Origin: Eledone cirrhosa
Lineage: Eukaryota
DNA: 64,000 bases
Reading direction: 5' to 3'
Assembly (NCBI GenBank): GCA_964016885.1
Contig: OZ024740.1
Span: forward strand, 153,884,001 to 153,948,000
Shown: piece by piece, positions 43,441 through 56,506 of the stretch
Position numbering within the stretch: position 1 is the stretch's first letter
How the letters are laid out: every line of letters begins with the position of its first letter
Made by a program: the position numbers and the translations under genes
The notes under the pieces: model-generated
Seen by the model: only the letters and a program-made list of their open reading frames with translations
What the model was told of the DNA's origin: nothing
The model's database searches: none

Positions 43441-43842
43441 ACTGGTGAAAATGTTCACCCACCATCACGTTTGTCCCACTGTGTCTCTCCTCCAAGACGT
43501 AATAGCCCTTTTGTGTCCTTGAGTTTGAGACCCCTCTTCTACACACACACACTCACACACACACCACACACACATATATATTTTACTTTTTTTCTGTCTC
43601 TGGACTACGCCCATGCTGGAGCATCACCTTGGTAAGTTATGGGGACGTCAACAAACCAACAAGCATTGGTGGGAGGGCAAACAAACACAAAGACACACAC
43701 AGACATATATACATATACATATATACGACGGGCTTCTTTTAGTTTCGATCTATCAAATCCACTCACAGGGCTTTGGTCGGCTCGGGCAGTGGGACTGAAC
43801 CCGGAAATATGTGGTTGGGAAACAAGCTTCTTGTCACACTGC

Positions 43843-43921
<79 letters not shown>

Positions 43922-43945
43922 CGCGTGTGTGTATAATATGTATAT

Positions 43946-44013
<68 letters not shown>

Positions 44014-44217
44014 GTATTAGTTATACTATTTATGGTTATGTAAATACAAAACCTTAAGCAGTTGTAAGTATTTTACACACACCCTAAATAGTGGTAGGCA
44101 GTAATGTATTACTACCTTATTACCAGTAAGTTAAGTAGCTCAATGTAAAAACATCAGATGATTTACAGAGCAGTTATATGAAATATAAGAATCAAAGGAC
44201 TGTTCAAACCATTATTG

Positions 44218-44264
44218 TGCTTACAGCTGTTTCCTCCAAACCGAGGTTTGGATTCTTCGGAGCA
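44218..44264 (-). ncRNA. hammerhead motif (U4C), left arm
   Basis: Reverse complement of 45132-45178. Confidence 0.75.
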
Positions 44265-45131
44265 ATTTATTAATGCATGGACAGTTATATGACCTCCTCT
44301 TCAGCCGAGAGACATACCGATACATATTCAAACATTGATACATATTCAAACATTGTGGGTCAACATTCATTACAGAATTTAGAGTGGCAGTACACACTTC
44401 GAGATTACATTTATATTAAGAGGTACAATCAAAAATCAAAAATACAGGTTAAAATACAACATGAAGACAAGCGGTTATATACTGCAAATGTTATATGTGT
44501 GGCGCGCATGTGCGTCTTGTCTATATAGTGTGGCAGAGAGATATGTGTGGTAGAGGCACTTAGGTAGGTAAACAAGAGTGTTAGGTTGGTAGATCTGGTG
44601 GCAAATTCTTTATATGATTGATATAGTCTGTGTGTGGAGAAATGTTATAAGCATTAAAAATAGTGCAAGCATTAAAAGTGTTAAAAGTATTGGAGATGCA
44701 CAGCGAAGGGATGTCCAGTATTTCATGTACATCGACATTTTCATGGTCAGGGGAGTGTATTTTTCGATTATATGCCCCTCACATAATCCACGACAATTCG
44801 ATATTGAGCGTTTGTCAATCGAGTTAGAGATCGTAGTCTGGTGTTCTTTAGTTCAATACAGGAGGCTGTTACGTTTCGAGAAACGCCATTGCGCCACACA
44901 TATAACATTTGCACTATATAACCGCTTGTCTTCATGTTGTATTTTAACCTGTATTTTTGATTTTTGATTGTACCTCTTAATATAAATGTAATCTCGAAGT
45001 GTGTACTGCCACTCTAAATTCTGTAATGAATGTTGACCCACAATGTTTGAATATGTATCAATGTTTGAATATGTATCGGTATGTCTCTTGGCTGAAGAGG
45101 AGGTCATATAACTGTCCATGCATTAATAAAT

Positions 45132-45178
45132 TGCTCCGAAGAATCCAAACCTCGGTTTGGAGGAAACAGCTGTAAGCA
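45132..45178 (+). ncRNA. hammerhead motif (U4C), right arm
   Basis: TGCT CCGAAGA A TCCAAACC TC GGTTTGGA G GAAA C AGCT G TA AGCA. Confidence 0.75.
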
Positions 45179-45395
45179 CAATAATGGTTTGAACAGTCCT
45201 TTGATTCTTATATTTCATATTTCATATATTTCATATATATATATATATAACCTTACACACTTAAATATAAATGAATGATTATATATACAAATGTATAAAT
45301 GCATAGCTATATACATACGTAAATGTATGTATGTATATATGTATGTATGTATGTAGATTTATATATATGTATGTATGTGTATTTATATGTATATA

Positions 45396-45440
<45 letters not shown>

Positions 45441-45969
45441 GATTTATATATATATTATTAATATAAAATTTATATATATATTATTAATATAAAAGATGAT
45501 GCTCAGCCAGTTCGTCTTCAACCATCGCAGTACGCCGTCGCTGCTTGGCTCCATGTTTCGTAGGCGTTGTTCAGCCAGCTCCTCTTCATTCATGGCGGCA
45601 CGTCATCACCTCTGAAGTTCGGCGTTCCGATGGCGCTGTTCGGCCCGTTTTTCTTCATTCCTGGCTGCACGCCGTCGCCGCTGTAGGTCACTGTTTGATA
45701 AAGTCGAATTGCTTTTACTTTCTGTGGAACGCTGCACACACACATAAACATACGCGCACGTACATACACACGTACACATGGTAATAGTTACAGCGTTCAC
45801 TTTGCCTCTCTGTTTCTTACTCTCCCCTGTCACTCCCTCATTGGCATTATGCATATTAATTTAATTTTGGCGTCGTTGAGGTGGGCGGAGTCGTTTGAAA
45901 CCTATGAACCAATGATAATCGAGAATTATGACACACGGAATAATGACATTGTTGAAATTAATATATAGA

Positions 45970-46317
45970 CTAGCTGACGTACCCAGCTTCGCCCGGGTAA
46001 ACAGATGATAAGAGAAGACAGGTAAAAGATAAAATGACTGTATTGGATATTTGTCTGGTTACAGTATGAGGCGAGTCCGTGGTGTCCGTGTGATACAAAA
46101 AAACAGTAAAAGAAATCTTCCAGATATACCAGATTCTTTGTTGTACCGTTTGTGCATAGTATATGAACAATTCTAGGTGTTCCCACCTAGAATAGTGATC
46201 TCTAGGAGATGGTCCATCTTCTGCCTGACTGTAAAACGTTTATCATTGCATAGACGTCGTTGTTACACGTTTCTCAAAAGGATGATGGAAGTTCCAATCT
46301 TTTATATTATATGTAGA
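45970..46317 (-). mobile_element. complete non-autonomous Helitron (about 348 bp)
   Basis: Minus strand: A|TCTACATATAATATAAAAG ... ACCCGGGCGAAGCTGGGT ACGTCAG CTAG|T, giving 5' TC, 3' hairpin plus CTAG, and an A|T target. Confidence 0.85.
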
Positions 46318-46694
46318 TATAGATAATTAATATAAAAGATGTCCGTCAATGTAAAAAAAGGTCCCTATTTACTTGAAATGGTTTATACAAATGCCAAATT
46401 AATATGGATATGGATAACATGCTTATCTATAAGTGGTCAGCTATAATAATAAAAAAACAAATTATATGACACAAAAATTGATTCAGTAATTTCCAGGCTC
46501 TTAGCCACTGAGTAATAGACAGTCAGAGTTCAACTCGGGGAGGTGGCCTGGTTTGAACTCCAAATGGCGGATCCTTCTACTTCGAAAATAGAATCGTTTT
46601 TCAATATTACTCTAGCCGGCCATAAGATCCAACCTTTTTGCCAGACTCAGCATATGATGAGGTTTTATTACCACCGCAATCAGAAGCGATAAAT

Positions 46695-47035
46695 TTGAAG
46701 GCAATTTCTACCAATACTTGTTGGTTTTTATTGCTCATTATCGACAATAAATGACATTGAACAGAAATAATAACTCTGTCAAAGCTCACAATACTGATAA
46801 AAGGACACCAATGTCTGAATCATTTACGTCGAATATTCATAGCTGTGAAGGCAATTTATACCAATACTTGTTGCTATTTATTGCGCAACATAGCAGTGAA
46901 GGCAATTTTTACCAATACTTGTTTGTTTGTATTGCTCATAACGACATTAAATGACATTGAACATAAATGATAACTCTGTCAAAGCTCACAATACTGATCA
47001 AAGGATACCTATTTCCGAATCATTTATGTCGCTTA
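46695..47035. repeat. imperfect tandem duplication (about 200 bp period) downstream of the Helitron ORF
   Basis: gaaggcaattt.taccaatacttgtt occurs three times and taaatgacattgaaca...ctctgtcaaagctcacaatactgat twice. Confidence 0.85.
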
Positions 47036-47061
47036 TTGAGTGCATTAAAGATATGCATACA

Positions 47062-50000
47062 TCAGCTCAAAGCTTCATTATAGACAATATTCAGGGTTGT
47101 TCCTCTGTTAGTGGTATCAATTGCAAATTTTATACCATCAGGATCGCACACACGAGATGCAGCAACATACAGTTGCCCATGGCTAAATGCTGGATCATTC
47201 AAGTAGACACCGACTCACTTGAAAGTCTGTCCCTGTGCCTTGTTGACAGTCATGGAGAAGGCCAAATTGACGGGAGTCTCCTTTGCCAAATGAATGGCAG
47301 CAGATCTTCACTTGGTCTCAGCATGATCCTCGGAATGAGAACCGATTCCTCTCTGCCTGGGAGTTTAGCTTCTAAAACTCTTCCGTTAATCAATCTCTCA
47401 ACAATCAATCTGGTATCATTGCAAATATCCATTTTATGATTGATATTTCTAAGCAATATAATCGCCATACCCTTTTTCAAGCTCAAAATATGTGGGGGAA
47501 ATCCGGGTATTTGAAGTGAATTCAGATACTCAGTCGGAACATCCATATTGTTCTGCTGATTAGGCTCCATTGCATCCGCACTGACGGTCAACCATTCCTC
47601 TCCAGGAAACATTCCGGCTACTTGTGAATTTATTTCATCGACCGTTGCATTCATATGAGTTAGAATAACGCGTTCCGATATCCAGGAGATATTCTGCCAA
47701 AAAGCATTCAAATTAGGGAACACCCAGTTAATCAATGCTTGGCGGTCCAGTGGTATGACCAAATGGTCTGCGATTCTTACAGTCTGATTATCACCAACGT
47801 GTGGCAATTCATCGTTTCCCAACTGCATCAACCATCGGCCATATGTCTCAGCCTCTTCGTTTTGCCCGAACATACGAAGTCGCATATTATCGTGTAATCG
47901 CAAAACTCTGAAATGGCGCCACAACGGGGACTTTTTCAGACATGCATCGACAATTTGCGCTCTTTGATGATTCCTAACAATTGGTAGCACCTGCCTGAAA
48001 TCGCCACCAAGAACGATAGTCTTACCACCGAATGGCAGGTCACTACCGCAGATATCTCTCAAACTTCTGTCCAATGCCTCCAGCAAATATCTGTGCCATT
48101 GGATCCACGTCCCAAATAATCAGAGACGTATTGCGTATAAGGCCCACGAGTTCACTTTGTCCTGTAATGTTACAGACACTCAACTCATCCGGAGCCAATG
48201 GAGCCTTGAAGCATGAGTGGAAGGTCCTTCCACCACTCTGCAAAGTGGCAGCGATCCCACTGGTGGCCACAGGGAGAGCAATCTTCCTCTGAGCTCTGAC
48301 TGCCGATAACAGTGTTGAAACAGAATGTCTTTCCGGTGCCTCCTGGAGCATCTATGAAAGCACAAATTTGCTCATTAGTGGAAATCGAGTGGAGAACGCC
48401 ATCGACCAATTCTCTCTGAGATTGGGTCAACATTGGCATACGTTCATCCACAATAGGTTGCTGTTCCAGTGGATCAAACTGGAATAGTTCCCTCCGATCG
48501 AGTGGCAACCGTCTAAGCTGCAATCTCATGTTCAATGCTAAGACACGTTGCCGCATTTCTTCATCAGGAATTGAAATCTGTTAAAAACATTTGAAATGAA
48601 CTTCAAGCAGTTGCTCAATATTGAGCAAAACAATAGCTTTCATCAAATTTTCATCATCGATCTGAAGATGATGCCTAAAATCATCAGCCATAATTCCCCA
48701 ATGGCGTTCAAATAACTCTCTTGCATCGGCAGGATTGCAGAATCCTAGAATCGTAACAAACAACTGCCTTATTTAAGCTGGCATCTGTGTTGTTCCTGCA
48801 GCTTCCATGGCGTTATTCCATTCAGCGTCATCCTAAGGAGTCCCAGATGCTGACCCAGAGCCTGGTATGTTTCATATTCCACGCCATTGATTGTTTTCAA
48901 ATCAGCGAAGCTCTGTTTACCTCTCGAAAAATCATTATGCAACAGAATTCGGAGATAAAACACACCACCAGATGCTGGATGGACATTACAAACCCGTCCA
49001 ATAGTCATGAATCTCAACTTTTGTTTTCTATCATTCCATTTCTTTCCCTTCTTATCCCACGTATAGTGCGAAGGGAAATCGCAGTAGAGTTGCCTTTGAT
49101 CCGGATTCAAAGCATGTTCCCTATTATGCTTGAACCACTCAGTCAATTCCGTCTTAGGAGGTGGTGCGTTAGCAATTCTTTTGACACCTCTTCTAGTGTC
49201 CTGAAAACAGACCATTTGCTATTCTCTAAGTGAACCGTCAGTTTCTGAACGCTGGGTTTGTGTTCATTGAGATCAAAATCGAACAATCTCCAGCAAGCTT
49301 CGCTAGATCCAATCCAGCGAACATCCTGGAACCTGCCAACTTCATCTCCTTGGTTCGCTTCCTCATTCCTGACATTTATCATTGCCCGATCATGACTTTT
49401 GTAAACATATTTGAATAAATATGTGCAAGCTTTCACTGAGCTACAATTTCCATATTAATATGACAACGATATTTCATAATCAAATATGGATTGTATGGCA
49501 CAACCCATTGATTTGTAACCTGTCGACCGTTTACATTTTCGACCAAACCGCCATCTGCAGGTGACTGTCTTCTGAATGAGGGATGAGCATCCCCATAGTT
49601 CCAGGAAGTGTTCGTGACAAAAGATTTCGGAAAGTGCTTACTGCATTGGCCATTTTTCATGCAAGGCGCTTTCCGATTTGCCACTCCGCATTGGTTGTGC
49701 ACCATTGACTTTGCCACGAAGTTGCGTAGTGCCTCATTCTCCGGCAGTTCAGCACATCTCAATTTGCAATCTCTATGTAAAATGATCAGCAAATGTGCAT
49801 GTGGCAATCCTCTTTTTTGGAATTCAATTACGTATGTAAAAGCAACTATACGTCCAAAGATTCCCTCTTTTTCCACATCATCCATTATCTTTTTCAGATA
49901 TCATTTGAATACTCTTGCCAATATCAGGACAGTCCTTTGGATGTTGTCCTGGCAAAAGTGCATCCTTAATATCAGTCCATTCAGGATTGCATGTAACCGT

Positions 50001-50650
50001 TATAAACAAATCTGGCTTTCCAAACTTTCTGACAATAGCCATTGCATCCTGATAGCGAATGTTCATATATCTCGGGCCTCCGATGAACGACGATGGCAAA
50101 ATGATGCGTCGACCAATTTTCTTGTAATTGGCATCATCGGCTGTTATCGCATCCTGTATATTATTATACAATTCAGCTCTGATATGTTGCTGATGTGTAG
50201 CTATATAATTTAGCCTTTGATTTTCGATCTTTGCGAATTCCATACAATAGTATTCCTGGAACAATCTGCTGGCTTGAAATAGGGCATTTCTCTGTTGATT
50301 CCTCTCGTTCAAATGAAACGCGTAAAAGTCGCGAATCGAATTATTGTGTCTATTGCCACCTCCATGTTGATGCTGATTCTCATGATCATCTAAATGAACA
50401 GACATGGTCCATCCATTTTCACCTCTTGGGAATAAAAGAACATAATACAATGGATCATATGCCCTATTTGACTCATTGATAGTCTTGAGACCACCATCTC
50501 TGCGATTGAGGACGATATCTCTCGATCCAGGCTTATCGTCCATCAACACAGCAACTTCAAAAAATCCTTCAGGGGCATTATATCGCCGTTCGTGTTGATT
50601 CCTTGGCACTGCGTCAGCCTTAATCACCAATGTTTGCTGCTGAATATTCG
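47062..50650 (-). mobile_element. Helitron RepHel (HUH Rep plus PIF1 helicase) pseudogene, 5'-truncated
   Basis: Rep motifs: LPSSFIGGPRYM, DLFITVTCNPEW, EFQKRGLPHAH, VVPYNPYL, YLFKYVYK. Helicase motifs: DAPGGTGKTF, GGRTFHS, FGGKTIVLGGDFRQVLP, KAQGQT, FSHGQLYVAASRV. Many frameshifts. Confidence 0.95.
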
Positions 50651-50654
50651 TTTA

Positions 50655-50960
50655 TTATCTAAATCAGTTATAGCTATTTAGCTTATTAGCTACAAGTAAA
50701 AATGGAGCTAGATGACTATGTTGGGTCAAATATTCTGTTGGCGAAGGAATTAGCCCTTCGATATTGACAGCTAATAGTTACCTCCGTTCTATCGTTAATC
50801 GGTAGAGGTCGTGATAGAGTTATGTAATATGCTTCGGTAATACAGAGATCACAAGATTTTCTTCGTCCATTGAACGGTCGGGCCCTAGCTAAGATATCCC
50901 ATGTTACTGAGTGTTCAATGTTGGTTAATTTAAGGTTTTTAATGAGCCTAGCCAGATAAT
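50655..50960 (-). mobile_element. Penelope-like GIY-YIG C-terminal fragment
   Basis: WDILARARPFNGRRKSCDLCITEAYYI...INDRTEVTISCQYR. Confidence 0.85.
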
Positions 50961-51277
50961 TATAAGTTACCTCCCCTACATTGTCTCTCAATTAAAAAAT
51001 TAAAAAATTAGCACTTAACTATAAACTACCCACCATTTCTAATCTCTCGAGGAGTTACCTCCCCTGAAAAACACCCTCTAATGAGTAAGGTAAATATGTC
51101 CATTGGCGGCCATCTTGTTACCCATAGGCAGATCTCACACAATCTAGCCTCGACAGAAGAATACTGCTTGATTATGGCAGACAATTGATACACACAGGAC
51201 ACCATAGTGAAATACCAATATATGGAACACTACATTATGTAACATTCTTTCCTTATTTTAATTTATATTCCTTTGAA

Positions 51278-51396
51278 GTTCCGATGAGCCGCTCTATCTC
51301 TAATTATGTTAATTATTTTCAACTGAACCAGATCAATAATGATATATAATCATTTGATCCAGAAATATTATATGGCGTAGCGAAACAATTATAAAC
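51278..51396 (+). ncRNA. hammerhead-like motif (U4C, long helix II)
   Basis: GTT CCGATGA GCCGC ...about 80 nt... GCGTAGC GAAA C AATT A TA AAC. Helix III has one mismatch. Confidence 0.5.
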
Positions 51397-51709
51397 GGAC
51401 ATTATTATTATTAATATTATTATTATTATTGTCTACATTCCTTACATCAAACTAAAATATGTTGACAATCTTTTAATAATGTCTTCCTTGTGAAATTTGT
51501 GGTCTTGTTTTGCTTAACTAATGAATATTTCCAGCTCTGCGCGCCTAACTTCTGAATGAACCCAGCCACATAGCTGCTTTCCACTGCATATTGCACATTG
51601 AGCACATGCCTTTACGCTTTGGCTTCTAACTAATACCCCAATCTCTCCTCTCCTATCTCCTCACCTATCTCCATCTCTCTCTTTAAGATTGGTTACTCTT
51701 GAACTATGC

Positions 51710-51793
<84 letters not shown>

Positions 51794-51846
51794 TAATAAA
51801 AACAATGAATAAAAACAAAGAAACAGTTTCTTATATTAAAAAATTC

Positions 51847-51980
51847 ATCATTTTACGATCGTTTCTAGGATATATATGTGTGTTGGTATAGATCTATATA
51901 TAGATCTATGTAAAAATTTTACAAACTATCAGAGGAAATATATATACCTACACATATATATGCTGTCTTCAGAAATAATG
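51847..51980 (-). ncRNA. family B hammerhead motif
   Basis: Minus strand: CATTATTT CTGAAGA CAGCATATATATGTGT...ACACATATATATCCTA GAAA C GATC G TA AAATGATG, with an 8 bp helix I. Confidence 0.78.
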
Positions 51981-52020
51981 ATATTTGTTTATTGAAAAAA
52001 AAAACCAACAAAGATTTAAT

Positions 52021-52290
52021 ATAATTGTTTCTACTATTGGCACAAGGCCAGAAATTACCCAGTACATTATTGGTACTTTATTTTATCGACCCCGTAAGGA
52101 TGAAAGGCAAAGTTAACCTCGGCGGGATTTGAACTCAGACTGTAAAGGGACGTAATAAATGAATAAATAATGAGAACATCCTATAGAATTTCGTAAAAAA
52201 ACGAATATTGATAGAATATTGATGGCCGTAACTCTATGCGTCAAAGCATGGCGTCCGACCCTCTACCGATACTGCCAATCCACCGCCCAA
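52021..52290 (-). mobile_element. tRNA-derived SINE with an internal insert of about 70 bp
   Basis: Reverse complement of the 22891 consensus, interrupted at about 52155-52222. Confidence 0.85.
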
Positions 52291-54188
52291 ATATCTAATA
52301 TAATAGGTCTGTTTGGGAACAGGTTTTGAATTTACCAATAGAAAAGTAGTAAGTGGTCAAGTTGATAGAATAGTAGTAGTAGAAATTTAATTTAGGGGTA
52401 GAGGAATGCAGACTTCAGTTTTCAATGGAAAGGATACTTTGAATGAAAAGATTCCTTTGGGGATGAAAAGAAGTCAAGCCGGTGAAAGGTACACGAAAAT
52501 GTGATGTTATTAAAGACTAATGCTAATGTTAAAATCGAAGGAGAATAAAATTTTAGGATAATTGTGTTAGTGAGGAATATCAATCTTATTTAAAACATAA
52601 GGAATTTAGATCTATAAAAAGAAATTAAATTAATTTAATTGATAGGTATATTTATAGGGATAAATTTATATTAATTCATATAGATGTGATAAATAAGAGT
52701 TAGATGTTATTAAAGAATGTTGTTAAAAACGAAGGAAAAAAAATTTGGTGGGATAAATGTATTAGTGAGAAATAACAAACAAGGAATTTAGATTCATAAC
52801 AGGAAATTAAAATAGTTTATATATATACTTATAGGTATTAATTTTAGGAAAAGATAGCTGTAAAAGGGAAATAAAATTATGAAGTTCTCAGTAGTAAAAT
52901 ATTAATTATAGATTAACTAAATTAAAAAAACTAATTATAATAATTTGTAAAATATAAGTGTATATTAATTAGGTTTATAATATTTGAAAGTTCTTCTAAT
53001 TCTATGATTGCACGATATAATTAATTCTTGTCGCTGATTTAATAGGATATCCTTAGATTTCATTATTTCAAAAAGTTCCTGGGAACATAATCTACACTCA
53101 TATCTGTTATTTTGATAAGGGGTGGCGCTTTTGAGCACACTCCTGGTCAGGTTATAATCGATATTCTTTTTTCTATAATTATTAATTACTTCAGCCAAGG
53201 ATATTGTATTAGCTAATGCGGCATTTTTAAAACTGTGTTTGTGGGTATTAAATCTTACTTTAAATTGGTTAGAAGTAGCTCCTATATATGAATAAGTTGA
53301 GTCCTTAGTGCTAATTTTACATTTATATACTATGTTATTAATAAGGCAATTTCCTTTTAATGGGCAATTTGCTTTGTTTCTACAGTTACAACCATTCGTG
53401 AATATTATATCAGGGGAGTTAGTCAAATTAGGTGTGGAATTTACTCGACTTGTTGTATGTGAAGGAGATGGTGGTTTGCTGCGGTTTATTTTAGTATTAT
53501 GGTTAGTTTGATGTGTTGGTGGTATATTCATGTTTTTTTTTTACATTTATATGCATTGTAGGCACTTATATTTTGTTGTATATTTTTGGTAGTGGAGTGG
53601 GAGAATTTGACGGTTGATCTATTTAAAATTTGATGGTATTTATGTTTTGGCGGGAAGTTTTTCTTTAGGATAGTAACACATTTTTTAGGGATATTATCTT
53701 TAATTTGTAGATTAAATGGAGCATTATACCAAGTAACTCGTCTATTACGGTTTCGATGTTGTTTTTTATTTTTATACGATGTATCCTGATGTTTACTAAG
53801 AAAGTTAGTATTAGTGAATTTATTATACATATGTTTAGTTAGATTCACTGATTTAGGTGTTTTAGTCTGATTATTAGGAATTTTGTTAGTAATGTTATTA
53901 ACATATATTGGAATATTAGGATGAATGGTTTTTTGAAAGTTATTATATTGTATGTGAGAAGAGGTAGAGAAATTAAGTTTTAAGTTGGTATTTTGGGGTA
54001 TAGTATGAGTGGCATTTAGGTGTGTATTTTTCATTTGATGTTTGTTGGTAATATTGGGTTTTATGTTTGTAGTATTATTGTTACAAGGTATATAGACTAA
54101 TTTGTTTTTGTGGCCGCCTCTAGCTAAAGCTTCGTTATAAAAGGTGGCATTTTTATCGAATACATCCTGGTTAGATGAAAGGTTAGCA
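52290..54188 (-). mobile_element. Penelope-like (Naiad-type) element, 5'-truncated: thumb, long linker, GIY-YIG, AT-rich 3' UTR
   Basis: NLSSNQDVF...YNEALARGG; VTWYNAPF...FPPKHKYHQILNRSTVKFSHSTTKN; CNCRNKANCPLKGNCLINNIVYKC...YIG...CRLCSQE. Confidence 0.9.
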
Positions 54189-55136
54189 AATATATATATA
54201 TTTCATATCCAAATGCTTCCTACAGAATTATCCTTATCGCAAACTTTTCAATTAAAATAGTATCAAAGTCAACAAGCGTTGTTCTCAAAATATGGCTTCT
54301 GCTATAACCATGATCAATAACAGCAAATACCATACATAGAAAAGTTCCAAATCGATATATCAGGAATATCATATCGTATTATCTTGCTAGTCTAACAAAA
54401 CTACTTTCTAACGTACGAACGTAACCTTAATAGACAGTTATATTAGTATTTTGAGAATACGTTTAAGAACAAATGTACTAAGCCCATATATACCTTTAGA
54501 CCCTTTTGTAAAGAAAACACCATTTAATTCTTTCTATGAATCTGGGATTTGAAAAAGTTTCACACAGACAATTCGTAGATCAATTTGACTAATTGTCAAA
54601 ATCGCTACATCACTCATCTGTTGATGCTTAGTTTTGAGTTATTTTTTCTTTTCGTTTTTATTCTGTAAATTACTCTCACCGAAGAAAAACCTCATTTTGT
54701 ATATGTCAAAGTGCATATATCTGTTCGGGCTGGGAAGTACGGGAGACATACGTGCCTGTGACTGCCCTTTGCTCCAAAACAGAAACCTAATTTCTTGAAA
54801 CGATCTCTATTCCTCATTCAGATTGGATAACAATCAATTTAATATTTAAATTCTCGTCATCGGTTTCTTGCCAGATTTTACTCTTAGTTACATGAAAGTG
54901 TGTGTATGTGTGTATGTGTGTGTCTGCGTGTGCACCGTGTGTATCTTTAAATATAAAAATATTCCTTACATGTAAACAGCGGATTTATCATGTTTGCTGC
55001 TAAAGCATTCATGAATTTAATTACGGAATGGAAAATTCACATTTATAACGAAAATTTAAAAAAAGCAACTACAAAACACAGAAACATCATTGTGCATGTG
55101 TTTCTGTAAGATCTTTTTTATAACTATATGTGTGTA

Positions 55137-55224
<88 letters not shown>

Positions 55225-55437
55225 GGAAACATGAATTTGATGAATCGTAAGAAAGAATCCTCTATTTGTTAGTTTTTATTATTGTTGATATTGTTATGTA
55301 TATATACCTACACACTCACACACACTTATACATACATACGTATATATATATATATACTCCAGTCCAATAAACTGTTGAGTGCTACTTATCCGATATTTGC
55401 ATTGCTTTATCGTGCTACAATAAAACTCACCTCCTAC

Positions 55438-55613
<176 letters not shown>

Positions 55614-55633
55614 TTATTAAAATAACAGATTAA

Positions 55634-55684
55634 AGTTTAAGCAAAGAATCGCTGCTTTCACCCTTAACGGGATCTTCTGAAACT
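55634..55684 (-). ncRNA. hammerhead motif (U4A) at the 3' end of the full-length Penelope element
   Basis: Minus strand reads AGTTT CAGAAGA T CCC GTTAA GGG T GAAA GCA GCGATTCTT TGC TT AAACT. Confidence 0.75.
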
Positions 55685-56506
55685 AACAAAGTCAATCTGT
55701 AAACGCAGAAGTGAAAAACAATTACGCGCAAAGACAGAACCACGTTTATGGTATAAAAGAAGTCGTAGACTAATGTTCTCTTAGGTGGTTCATAGAGACG
55801 TTCTCTGGCAATGAACGGAAAAAACGAAGATAATACGTCATATGTGGAGCGTGGAAAACAATTGCACGCAAAGACAAAACCACGTAAATTGTATAGATGA
55901 AGTCGTAGACTAAAATTCTAACTAGGAAACCGAATGAATCTCCGCTTCAGAGTTAAGAATAAAGTAAATAAAATACAATACATAGGTAATAGAAATTAAA
56001 TAAATACATACACGCAGGCAAAAACGTACATACACAAGCATACGCGAAAACACTTGCCATAGGTATACAAAACCACGCACATATAAATATGTGTGTGTGT
56101 GTGTGCGTGTATACAAATAAATAAATAATTAAATAAACGTATATAAATAAATAAATACGTATATAACAAGCGCACACACATACCTACATGTAAATACACA
56201 AATGTTCGGAGACGTACGCCAACCAAAACATGAAGTACACATATACACACACCCTACATACTTACGAACCTGGATACTCACACAGACGCAAAACTCCCGT
56301 ATACACATAACCAAACCATATGTACTAGAATATATAAACAATTATACGCCATAACATATACAATCAAATATACGTACGAGAAAGAATACATACATTCTCA
56401 AAACATACAGGTAATAAATACTTACCTATGCAAATAAGTAATGGTATAAACAAAACATATACTTAGCTACCACATCAAGACGTAAAATATCCACGTATAG
56501 ATCGTA

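Larger units (their letters stand above)
44178..45220. mobile_element. about 1 kb fold-back element: near-perfect inverted repeats of about 325 bp, each carrying a hammerhead motif
   Basis: 44178-44504 is the reverse complement of 44892-45219, with a spacer of about 390 bp. Confidence 0.9.
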
